A stretch of 11,045 nucleotides of DNA from Gemmatimonadota bacterium (GTDB lineage Bacteria > Gemmatimonadota > Gemmatimonadetes > Gemmatimonadales > Gemmatimonadaceae): contig JANMLN010000082.1 in assembly GCA_031372565.1 (NCBI GenBank), positions 1 to 11,045 of the forward strand, given 5' to 3'. The position numbers and the translations under genes were made by a program. The first letter of the stretch is position 1. Each line of letters opens with the position of its first letter. Shown one piece after another: positions 1 to 7,712 of the stretch. The notes beneath the pieces were generated by a model. That model did not search any database and was not told where the DNA came from. It saw nothing but the letters and a program-made list of their open reading frames with translations.

Positions 1-2418
1 GAGATCCTCGTCCTCCTCGAGCGCTTCATTCGCACCGAGCAGGCGTTGGGTCCCGCCGGCTCACGGGCCGAGCTCCTCTCGCGGTTTGCGCGCTCCGAGC
101 TCTCGGCGGCCGGCGCGCTCACGCATCTCGCGTCCTGGTCACCGTCCGGCGAGGTGGTCGCCCAGCTCGATCTCGCCCCGTTCCCCGAGGACGCGGTGGA
201 GCGCCTCGCGCTCGTCAACACCGCCCGCCGGGATGGCACCGTACGCGTCGTCCGGGCGTCCAACATCCCATGGCTGCAATTGATGGTGGCGATACCGCAT
301 CTCGGCGGCGCGGTGACGACCATCGTGGTCGCACCGCGCTCGCGCCTGCTGCCCGATGACCCCTTTGGCGTCCTGCTCGGGCTGGCACCGGCGGTGGTCG
401 CCGATCCGCCGTACAGCTTGAGCCTCGCCGGGGCGGCGGCGCCCGTGGCTGGCCCGCGCGAACGCTGGCAGCGTCGCGGGACCGAGCTGCACGGGGACTG
501 GGAGTTTGCCGGTGTCAACGGACCGATGCGCGTCCATGCATCCGTCGAGCTGCGCTCGATGGAGTCGTTGGTGCCGCGGGGCGCCTTGCTCGTCCTCGCC
601 GACGTCGTCCTCGTCGCGCTGCTCTGGGCGGGCAACGTCGCCGCCGGCGGCGCGCTCCGTCGTTGGCTGCGCCTCCGGCGTGATGTCTGGCTCGGCTCGT
701 TCCGCGTCCGACTGACGCTCGGCCTCTTCGCGTTCGCGCTGCTGCCGGTGCTCGCGTTCGCCGCTGTCGCGGTGCGGCGACTCCAGTCGGACGACTTGCG
801 CTCGCGCGAACTCGTGGTGCTCGAGACGTTGCGCGGCGCGGTCTCGTCGAGCGAGGACGTGCAGCTGCTGCAGCTCGCCGAGCGGCTCGACACGCCGCTC
901 CTGCTGTACGGCGATGGCGCACTGCTCAAGGCGAGTGAACCGCTGCACGAAGTGCTCGCGCCCACCGGGCGCTTTCTCGACCAGTCGCTGCTCACGGGGC
1001 TTGGTCCGGACGACCTCATTGCCACGACGCGCGAGGAGCGACTGGGTCGCTATCGCGCGCTGGTCGGGTATCGCTCGATCGAGGCGTCGACCTACGCCAC
1101 GCGCTTCCTGCTCGCGGCGCCTGCGCGCACAGACGCGCTGGAGCTCGATCGGCGACGCAACGACCTGCTGATCCTCCTGCTGTTTGCGGCGAGTGCGGCT
1201 GCGCTGGCCGCATTCTGGCTGTCGGGGGTCGTGGCGCGGCAACTGGCGTCGCCCATCGAGGTGCTGCGGCGCAATGCGCTGGCCGTCGCTGCCGGTGAGC
1301 GACCGGAGTTGCCGGGCACGCCGCTGTCGGAGTTCGTGCCCGTGTTCCGCGCCTTCGGCCGCATGACAGATGACCTGGGCGAGAGTCGCGCCGCGCTGGA
1401 GGCGGCGCAGCGGCGCACCGCCGCCGTGCTCTTGAACGTGGCGTCGGGCGTCGTGGCCGTGGACGAGGGTGGCGTGGTGGTGCTGGCGAACCCGCGCGCC
1501 GAAGCGATCATCGGCTCGCTGCTGCCTGCGGGCAGCGCGCTGGAGGGTGGCATCGCCGGGTCGCTGGGGCGCGAGGTCCGATCGTTCGCGCTGACGGAGG
1601 CACCAGAGCGCGAGTTCGACCTGCCGGTGGGCGCGCGGCGGCTGCATGCGCGGCTCACCCGGCTTCCCTCGTCGCGCGGCTTCGTGATCACGGTCGACGA
1701 CGTGACGGAACTCGCGCGGGCGCAGCGCGTGCTCGCGTGGGGCGAGATGGCGCGCCAGGTCGCGCACGAGATCAAGAACCCGCTCACCCCGATCCGGTTG
1801 GGCGTGCAGCACCTGCAGCGTGCGCGGCACGACCCCCGCGTCGACTTCGACGAGGTGCTGACGCGCAACGTGGAGCGCATTCTGGCGGAGATCGACCGGT
1901 TGGACGAGATCGCGCGGACGTTCAGCCGCTTCGGGACGACGCCGGCGGCGCGGCCCGCGCGCGAGGGGGTCGCCGTGGACGAGCTGCTGCGCGACGTGGT
2001 GGCGCTCGAAGGGCTCGGCGCCGGAGACGAGGTGCAGTGGGTGGTGGAGGTGGCTCCCGCGTTGCCGCGTGCGCTCGCGCGGGACGACGAGTTCCGCGAA
2101 GTGTTGCTCAACCTGCTCGAGAATGCCCGGCTTGCCGATGCGCGCACGGTGCGCGTCGAGGCCCGGACCATGGGCGACCGCGTGATGGTGACGGTGGCGG
2201 ATGACGGCGACGGGATCGCCGCGGACGCGCTGCCGCGCGTCTTCGAGCCGCACTTCAGCACGCGGACCTCCGGCAGCGGGCTCGGGCTGGCGATCTGTCG
2301 CCGGTTGGTGGAGGGATGGGGCGGCGCGATTGGTCTCGAGTCGGTGCCTGGCCGGGGCACGACCGTGACGCTCACGCTGGCGGCAGCCTCTCACACTGGC
2401 GAACTTCCACCCAGATGA
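1..2418 (+). CDS. Membrane sensor histidine kinase, NtrY-like (TM segments, HAMP, PAS-like, HisKA, HATPase_c); 5'-partial
   Basis: Frame 1 is open from base 1 (EILVLLERFIRTEQALGPAG...), so the true start probably lies upstream of the window. Three hydrophobic segments lie at about 583-633, 712-774 and 1165-1236, followed by a HAMP-like region (LASPIEVLRRNALAVAAG...FGRMTDDL) and a PAS-like region (VLLNVASGVVAVDEGGVVVLANPRAE). H-box AWGEMARQVAHEIKNPLTPI (His codon 1765), N-box EVLLNLLENA, G1 DDGDGI, F-box VFEPHFST, G2 GSGLGL. Stop TGA 2416-2418. Confidence 0.95.
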   Translation, partial: EILVLLERFIRTEQALGPAGSRAELLSRFARSELSAAGALTHLASWSPSGEVVAQLDLAPFPEDAVERLALVNTARRDGTVRVVRASNIPWLQLMVAIPHLGGAVTTIVVAPRSRLLPDDPFGVLLGLAPAVVADPPYSLSLAGAAAPVAGPRERWQRRGTELHGDWEFAGVNGPMRVHASVELRSMESLVPRGALLVLADVVLVALLWAGNVAAGGALRRWLRLRRDVWLGSFRVRLTLGLFAFALLPVLAFAAVAVRRLQSDDLRSRELVVLETLRGAVSSSEDVQLLQLAERLDTPLLLYGDGALLKASEPLHEVLAPTGRFLDQSLLTGLGPDDLIATTREERLGRYRALVGYRSIEASTYATRFLLAAPARTDALELDRRRNDLLILLLFAASAAALAAFWLSGVVARQLASPIEVLRRNALAVAAGERPELPGTPLSEFVPVFRAFGRMTDDLGESRAALEAAQRRTAAVLLNVASGVVAVDEGGVVVLANPRAEAIIGSLLPAGSALEGGIAGSLGREVRSFALTEAPEREFDLPVGARRLHARLTRLPSSRGFVITVDDVTELARAQRVLAWGEMARQVAHEIKNPLTPIRLGVQHLQRARHDPRVDFDEVLTRNVERILAEIDRLDEIARTFSRFGTTPAARPAREGVAVDELLRDVVALEGLGAGDEVQWVVEVAPALPRALARDDEFREVLLNLLENARLADARTVRVEARTMGDRVMVTVADDGDGIAADALPRVFEPHFSTRTSGSGLGLAICRRLVEGWGGAIGLESVPGRGTTVTLTLAAASHTGELPPR

Positions 2419-4157
2419 GTACGCCGACGCACAGCGGGTCCCACCGCGCGGTCCAACCTGTTCCCGCGCACCTGCAGGGGTGGCAATTGCCTCCTGACTG
2501 GCGGTGGGGGCAGGTGGGGATGTTCGCGGACTACCGCCACGTGCAGGAGATCATCGACGCGCTTGGCCGGTCGCTGGCACTGGTCAGCGCGCCCGAAGCG
2601 GCGCACGCGGACTGGTTGCGCGAGGAGGCGCGCACGCTTGCGCATTCGAGTCATCCAACGATTCCGACCACCTATCACTACTGGACGCGCGACGCCACCA
2701 GTCCGCGCGGCCCGGGGTACTTGCGTCGCTGGATCGCCGGCGAGACCGTCGGTGCACGCTCGCGGCGCGTCGGCACGGAAGGCCTCGCCTACATGCTGAC
2801 CATTCTGCGCGCTGCGGGCTCCGCGCTGGCGTACCTGCACGATAGCGGCATCGTCCACGGCGCCATCTCCGCCGAGCACACGTGGGTGACGCCGACGGGA
2901 CGAGTCTGGTTGCTCGGCTGGCAGTGGGCCGTACCGCGCAGCTTCGTGCCCGACGGGCTGTCGCCCGATCCGCAGTTGGTGGTCGGAGCGCCAGAGCTGC
3001 GCGATGCGCCGTGGGCGCCGACGCTCGCGTCGGACCAGTGGCAGCTCGGCGCCATGTGCTTCGCGGCGCTGACCGGCGAACCGCCGCCGTCGGCCGACAT
3101 CCCGCCGCTCCGCTGGGTCTCGCCCGAAGTGCCCGAACCCGTGGCCGCCATCATCGATCGTACGCTCGCCGTGAAGCCGGAGGATCGTTACCCGAGCATG
3201 ACCGCGCTGCTTCGCGCCGTCGACCGCACGGTGGCCTCGCGCACGCTGCTCGTGAACGCCGACGAAACGCCGCAGCGACCGCGCGACGAGTCCGATGAGG
3301 CGCGACTGCGGTGGGCAACGGCCGACGACTACCAAGTGAGTTCGCCCCTCGGCCGCGGCACGTTCGGCTCGGTGTGGCGCGTGCGTGACCTCGCGCTCGG
3401 CCGCGAGGTGGCGCTCAAGATGTTGCATCCCGACATCGCGCGGATGCCCAGTGTCGTCGCGCGCTTCCAGCGCGAGGCGCGACTCGCCGCGCAGCTCGCA
3501 CATCCGGCCATCGTCCCCATCTACGACTGGGACAGTCGTGGCGAAGTGGCGTGGTACACCATGGAGCTCGCCGAGGGCGGATCGGTGGCGCAGCTGGTGG
3601 CGCGACAGGGACCGCGTCCGCTCGAGGAGATCGCGCCGCAGGTCTACATGGTGCTCGACGGTCTCGAGGCCGCACATGCGATCGGGATCATCCATCGCGA
3701 CCTCAAGCCGGAGAACATCCTCATCGATCGCTACTGGCGTTGGCGCGTCGCCGACTTCGGCATTGCGCTGGCGGGTGGCGAGGAGACCGCGGGGATGACG
3801 GGCACCCCGGCCTTCGCCGCACCGGAACAACTCCTCGGCGAGTCACAGGGCCCGCTGGCCGATTGCTTCGCGCTCGCGGCGATTGCGGTCTTCGCCCTGA
3901 CTGGCAAGCCGCCCTTCGGCGAAGAGAACGCGCAGGCCGTCCTCGCGCGCCAACTCGCGGGCGACTGGGATCGCGACGCCTTTCCCGACGCCATCGCGCG
4001 CTTTTTCGCGAAGGCGCTCGCGCCGCAACCGGAGCACCGGTTCACCGACGCGGCGGCCATGAAGACGGCGTGGCTGGCGGCGGTGGAAGAGACGATGGAC
4101 GAAGCGAGCGAGTCGGACTCGTGGTGGTCCCGGCTCGTGCGTACCGTACGACGGTAG
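2415..4157 (+). CDS. Hanks-type Ser/Thr protein kinase with tandem domains: N-terminal pseudokinase plus C-terminal canonical kinase (580 aa)
   Basis: ATG 2415 overlaps the upstream TGA (ATGA) and is preferred over the ORF-track start at 2316. The C-terminal domain has GRGTFG (3351-3368), VALK, alphaC RE, HRDLKPEN (3693-3716), DFG (3753-3761), GTPAFAAPE and DCFAL. The N-terminal domain (about 2520-3224) keeps kinase-fold landmarks (EEARTLAHSSHPTIP, ALAYLHDSGIVH, APE, SDQWQLG, ALTGEPP, KPEDRY) but lacks the catalytic residues. No TM segment is evident. Confidence 0.93.
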   Translation: MSTPTHSGSHRAVQPVPAHLQGWQLPPDWRWGQVGMFADYRHVQEIIDALGRSLALVSAPEAAHADWLREEARTLAHSSHPTIPTTYHYWTRDATSPRGPGYLRRWIAGETVGARSRRVGTEGLAYMLTILRAAGSALAYLHDSGIVHGAISAEHTWVTPTGRVWLLGWQWAVPRSFVPDGLSPDPQLVVGAPELRDAPWAPTLASDQWQLGAMCFAALTGEPPPSADIPPLRWVSPEVPEPVAAIIDRTLAVKPEDRYPSMTALLRAVDRTVASRTLLVNADETPQRPRDESDEARLRWATADDYQVSSPLGRGTFGSVWRVRDLALGREVALKMLHPDIARMPSVVARFQREARLAAQLAHPAIVPIYDWDSRGEVAWYTMELAEGGSVAQLVARQGPRPLEEIAPQVYMVLDGLEAAHAIGIIHRDLKPENILIDRYWRWRVADFGIALAGGEETAGMTGTPAFAAPEQLLGESQGPLADCFALAAIAVFALTGKPPFGEENAQAVLARQLAGDWDRDAFPDAIARFFAKALAPQPEHRFTDAAAMKTAWLAAVEETMDEASESDSWWSRLVRTVRR

Positions 4158-4217
4158 CGCCGACCCGTTGCGCGTCGCCGCGGCCCGCCGCCAGCGCGTG
4201 ATGTCGCCGCCTCCCCC

Positions 4218-7200
4218 ATGAGAAACGCCACGCCCCGATCCGTCTTCGAGGATCCCTCCGGAAGGCGGTGGCGCATCGTTCGGCGGATCGCGATCGCGAC
4301 GGGCGTGGTCACGTCGCTGCTGACGCTGACCGTGATTGCCGGCGTGCTGCTTCCGCCCCTGCTGCCCGGGGTGAACTGGACGATGGCGCCCGTGGGGCCC
4401 AAGCGACCACCTCGACTCATCACGTCGGAGGCCGAGCGCGCGCAGGATCAGGCGCGCCGCCAACTGCGCCGGTACCGCGACGGTCTGCGCGTACCGCCCT
4501 CGGTGCGCGCGTCACGGCTTCCGTTGGTCAAGTGGTCGGGCGGTGCCAAACCGAAGGCCGCGGGAGAGCCGATCGTCGCGGGCTTCTACGTGAACTGGGA
4601 CGACAATTCACTGGTGTCGCTCCGGGCACACGCGGCGAAGCTCGACTGGGTCATCGGCGAGTGGGCGTTCGTGGCTCCGTCGGGTGACTCGCTGCTGGTG
4701 AAGTTCGACCGCAAGGTCCCGTACGTGCTGTCGCTGCTCAAGCCGGCGGACCGGCCGGCGATGCTGTTGATGATCTCGAACGCGCAGGATCGGCAGACCT
4801 TCGACGAGGGGCGGCTCCGACGCCTCGTCTCCCGGCGCGCGGCTCGCCAGCGGGTGGTCGCGCAGCTCGTGGATGCCGTGACCACCTACGGGCTCGCGGG
4901 CGTCACGATCGATTTCGAGAACATCCCGGCCGGTCTCGAGGACGACTTCTTCCGGTTCACCGAAGAGGTGCGCGGCGCCATGCGGCAGCTCAACAAGCTG
5001 ACCACGCAGGCGATCTCGCCCTTCGAGTCGGACGAGTTCGTCCGGCGCGCCGGTCGGGAGAACGACCATGTCATCATGATGCTGTACGACGAGCACGCGG
5101 GGCCGAAAGACCCGGGGCCGGTCGCGAGTCAGGGGTGGTACGTGTCGAAGGCCGAGCACGCGATCAGTCTGCTGCCACCGCGCAGTGCCATCCTCGGGAT
5201 CGGGGCGTTTGGCTACGACTGGAACGATGCCGCTGGCGCGACGCGCGTGGACGCCCAGACCTTCCAGGACGTGATGAAGGCGGCCCGCGCCCGTCCGGAC
5301 GCTGTGCGCACCGATGCGCGCTCGCTCAACCCGTACCTCGTCTGGACCGATCGCGACTCGGTCGATCACCTCACCTGGTTTCTCGACGGCACGACCGCGT
5401 GGAACCAGATCCGGGCCGGTGGGCGTCTCGGGGCAGCCGGACATGCCATCTGGCGACTCGGCAGCGAGGATCCGTCGCTCTGGAACGTGCTGAGCGAGCA
5501 CGGGCTCTCGAAGGATGCGGGGGCGTTGGCGACCATCCCGGGCGGCTACGACGTGGAGTTCGACGGCGAGGGCGAACTCCTGCGCATCCTGGTGAAGCCG
5601 ACGGATGGCGAGCGCGGCGTGAAGCTCGACGAGGCGTCGGGGCTCGTCACGTCCCAGACGCTCGTGCGGGCCCCGTCGGCGACGATCGTGCAGCGCACAG
5701 GCAGTGGTCCGCAGCGGCCGGGTGGCAAGCGGATCGCGCTGACCTTCGATGATGGTCCGGACGGCACGTGGACAGGCCCGATCCTCGACACGCTCAAGGC
5801 GCGCGGAGCACCGGCGACCTTCTTCGTGATCGGCGGCAACGTGGAACGACGGCCCGGACTCATGCGCCGCATCGTGCGGGACGGGCACGAGTTCGGCAAT
5901 CACACCTGGTCGCACCCGAATCTGGGACTCGTAGCGCCGTTTCTGGTGCGTCTGGAGATCGCCGCCAATGCGCGTCTGCTCGAGGCGATCCTCGACAAGC
6001 GGTCGGTCTTCTTTCGTCCGCCGTACTTCGGAGACGCCGAACCGACCTCGACCGACGAACTGATACCGGTGCAGATCGCCAGCGAGATGGGCTACATCAC
6101 CGCGGGCGTGCACATCGACTCCGACGACTGGAAGAATCCCGAGCCGGCCGTCATCGTCGAGACGGTGTTGCGGGAACGCGAGCGCGGCAACGTCGTGCTG
6201 CTGCATGACGGCGGTGGCGACCGCGCCAATACCTTGGCGGCGCTGGGTCCGATGATCGACTCGCTACGCGCGCGCGGCGACACGCTCGTGTGGCTCTCGG
6301 CGCTCGCAGGGGTGCCGCATGACGAGGCGATCCTGGCGCTGCCACCTCGCAGCGCGGCGCAGCGCCTGATCGAATTGGGCACCTTCGGCGCCGTGGGACT
6401 CGTCGAGTGGGCGGTCTACTGGATCTTTCTGGCGGCGGTCATCCTCGGGACGGCGCGCATCGTGGTAGTGCTGGTGCTGGCGGCGTGGGAGCGCATGCGG
6501 CGAGTCCCCGCGCACGCCGGGTTCGCCCCCCCGGTGGACATCCTGGTGCCAGCGTTCAACGAGGCGAAAGTGATCGTCCGCACCGTGGAGAGCCTGTTGG
6601 CGCAGGAGTATGCGGGAGGCATCCGGGTGATGGTCATCGACGACGGCTCCCCGGACGATACCGCCGAGGTGGCGCGCGCGGCCTTCGCGAACGACGCGCG
6701 CGTCGAGGTCGTCCTCAAGCCCAACGGCGGCAAGGCGAGTGCGCTCAACGCGGGGCTCGCACGGTCAAGCGCGGACATCGTGGTGTGCCTGGACGCGGAC
6801 ACGCTCTTCGAGCGCGATACCGTGGCCTGCCTCGTGGCCCCCTTCGTCGACCCCGCCGTGGCGGCGGTGGCGGGGAATGCCAAGGTGGGGAACCGCATCA
6901 ACCTGGTGACGCGCTGGCAGGCACTCGAGTACGTGACGAGTCAGAACACGGATCGCCGCGCATTCGCGCTGCTCGACTGCATCACGGTCGTGCCCGGCGC
7001 GGTGGGCGCGTGGCGCCGAACGGCGGTCGCCGCAGTGGGCGGATTCAGCGATGATACGCTCGCCGAGGATCAGGACCTCACGATCGCGCTGAGCCGACAG
7101 GGCCATCGGATCGGGTTCGCCGAAGACGCGATTGCCTGGACCGAGGCACCCGACACGTTGGCGTCACTCGCGAAGCAGCGCTTCCGATGGTCGTTTGGCA

Positions 7201-7646
7201 CGCTGCAATGCGCGTGGAAGCACAAGGGCGCACTCCTCCGCTGGAAGTACGGAAGCCTCGGCTTCGTGGCGCTGCCGAACACCTGGGTGTTCCAGTTGCT
7301 CTTTTCGGCGCTGTCGCCACTGGCTGACCTGCTCTTCGTGTGGAGCCTGATTGCCGTCGGGCTCGCGCGCTGGCAGCATGGCACGACGTACGCGATCGAA
7401 ACGCTCGAGAACGTGCTCTTCTACTACGCGCTCTTCCTGCTCGTGGACTGGTTGGGAGCGGTCATCGCCTTCCTCATGGAGCCGGGCGAAGACAAGGCGC
7501 TCACCCTGCTGATTCCGTTGCAGCGCTTCGCCTATCGCCAGGTGATGTACTTCGTTGTCGTGCGATCGTTTGCCGCCGCCATGCGGGGTGGCATCGTCGG
7601 CTGGGGCAAGCTCGAGAGGAAGGCGACCGTGGAGCGGCCCGCGTAG
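4218..7646 (+). CDS. Trifunctional membrane protein: GH18-like domain + CE4 (NodB-type) polysaccharide deacetylase + processive GT2 glycosyltransferase (PgaC/IcaA/CesA-like)
   Basis: N-terminal TM anchor at about 4287-4364. GH18-like region at about 4570-5490 (GFYVNWD, YGLAGVTIDFE, MLYDEH, FGYDW, AIWRLGSED). CE4 motifs TFDDGP (5742-5759), HTWSHP, RPPY, DSDDW, LLHD. TM at about 6408-6488. GT2 motifs VPAFNE, DDGSPD, GGKASALN, LDAD, TLAED, QRFRW (7176-7190), followed by C-terminal TM helices. Stop TAG 7644-7646. Confidence 0.95.
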   Translation: MRNATPRSVFEDPSGRRWRIVRRIAIATGVVTSLLTLTVIAGVLLPPLLPGVNWTMAPVGPKRPPRLITSEAERAQDQARRQLRRYRDGLRVPPSVRASRLPLVKWSGGAKPKAAGEPIVAGFYVNWDDNSLVSLRAHAAKLDWVIGEWAFVAPSGDSLLVKFDRKVPYVLSLLKPADRPAMLLMISNAQDRQTFDEGRLRRLVSRRAARQRVVAQLVDAVTTYGLAGVTIDFENIPAGLEDDFFRFTEEVRGAMRQLNKLTTQAISPFESDEFVRRAGRENDHVIMMLYDEHAGPKDPGPVASQGWYVSKAEHAISLLPPRSAILGIGAFGYDWNDAAGATRVDAQTFQDVMKAARARPDAVRTDARSLNPYLVWTDRDSVDHLTWFLDGTTAWNQIRAGGRLGAAGHAIWRLGSEDPSLWNVLSEHGLSKDAGALATIPGGYDVEFDGEGELLRILVKPTDGERGVKLDEASGLVTSQTLVRAPSATIVQRTGSGPQRPGGKRIALTFDDGPDGTWTGPILDTLKARGAPATFFVIGGNVERRPGLMRRIVRDGHEFGNHTWSHPNLGLVAPFLVRLEIAANARLLEAILDKRSVFFRPPYFGDAEPTSTDELIPVQIASEMGYITAGVHIDSDDWKNPEPAVIVETVLRERERGNVVLLHDGGGDRANTLAALGPMIDSLRARGDTLVWLSALAGVPHDEAILALPPRSAAQRLIELGTFGAVGLVEWAVYWIFLAAVILGTARIVVVLVLAAWERMRRVPAHAGFAPPVDILVPAFNEAKVIVRTVESLLAQEYAGGIRVMVIDDGSPDDTAEVARAAFANDARVEVVLKPNGGKASALNAGLARSSADIVVCLDADTLFERDTVACLVAPFVDPAVAAVAGNAKVGNRINLVTRWQALEYVTSQNTDRRAFALLDCITVVPGAVGAWRRTAVAAVGGFSDDTLAEDQDLTIALSRQGHRIGFAEDAIAWTEAPDTLASLAKQRFRWSFGTLQCAWKHKGALLRWKYGSLGFVALPNTWVFQLLFSALSPLADLLFVWSLIAVGLARWQHGTTYAIETLENVLFYYALFLLVDWLGAVIAFLMEPGEDKALTLLIPLQRFAYRQVMYFVVVRSFAAAMRGGIVGWGKLERKATVERPA

Positions 7647-7712
7647 CATCCTCGTGCCAGCGGAAGCACCATGCTGCGCGTAGCCCAAGATCCCTTCATC
7701 CACGAACCCACC

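Noticed and set aside
139..2394. 751-aa antisense ORF (and the 427-aa ORF at 1092-2375) opposite the histidine kinase
   Set aside because: Shadow ORFs expected from high GC content and codon bias; biased composition (Arg/His/Ala- or Ser-rich) with no recognisable motifs, while the + frame has all HK boxes.
2316..2414. ORF-track start of the Ser/Thr kinase at 2316
   Set aside because: It would overlap the HK C-terminus by about 100 nt; ATG 2415 in an ATGA overlap is far more plausible.
4137..4160. Hairpin TACCGT-ACG-ACGGTA over the kinase stop codon as a terminator
   Set aside because: Only 6 perfect bp with a 3-nt loop, mostly inside the CDS and with no U-tract; expected by chance.
2391..6206. 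Long antisense ORFs 2391-3830 (479 aa) and 4608-6206 (532 aa)
   Set aside because: They mirror strongly motif-supported + strand genes and show no domain signatures.
7671..7712. Alternative peptidase start at 7671
   Set aside because: It adds 14 residues, including acidic ones, ahead of an otherwise clean signal peptide beginning at ATG 7713.
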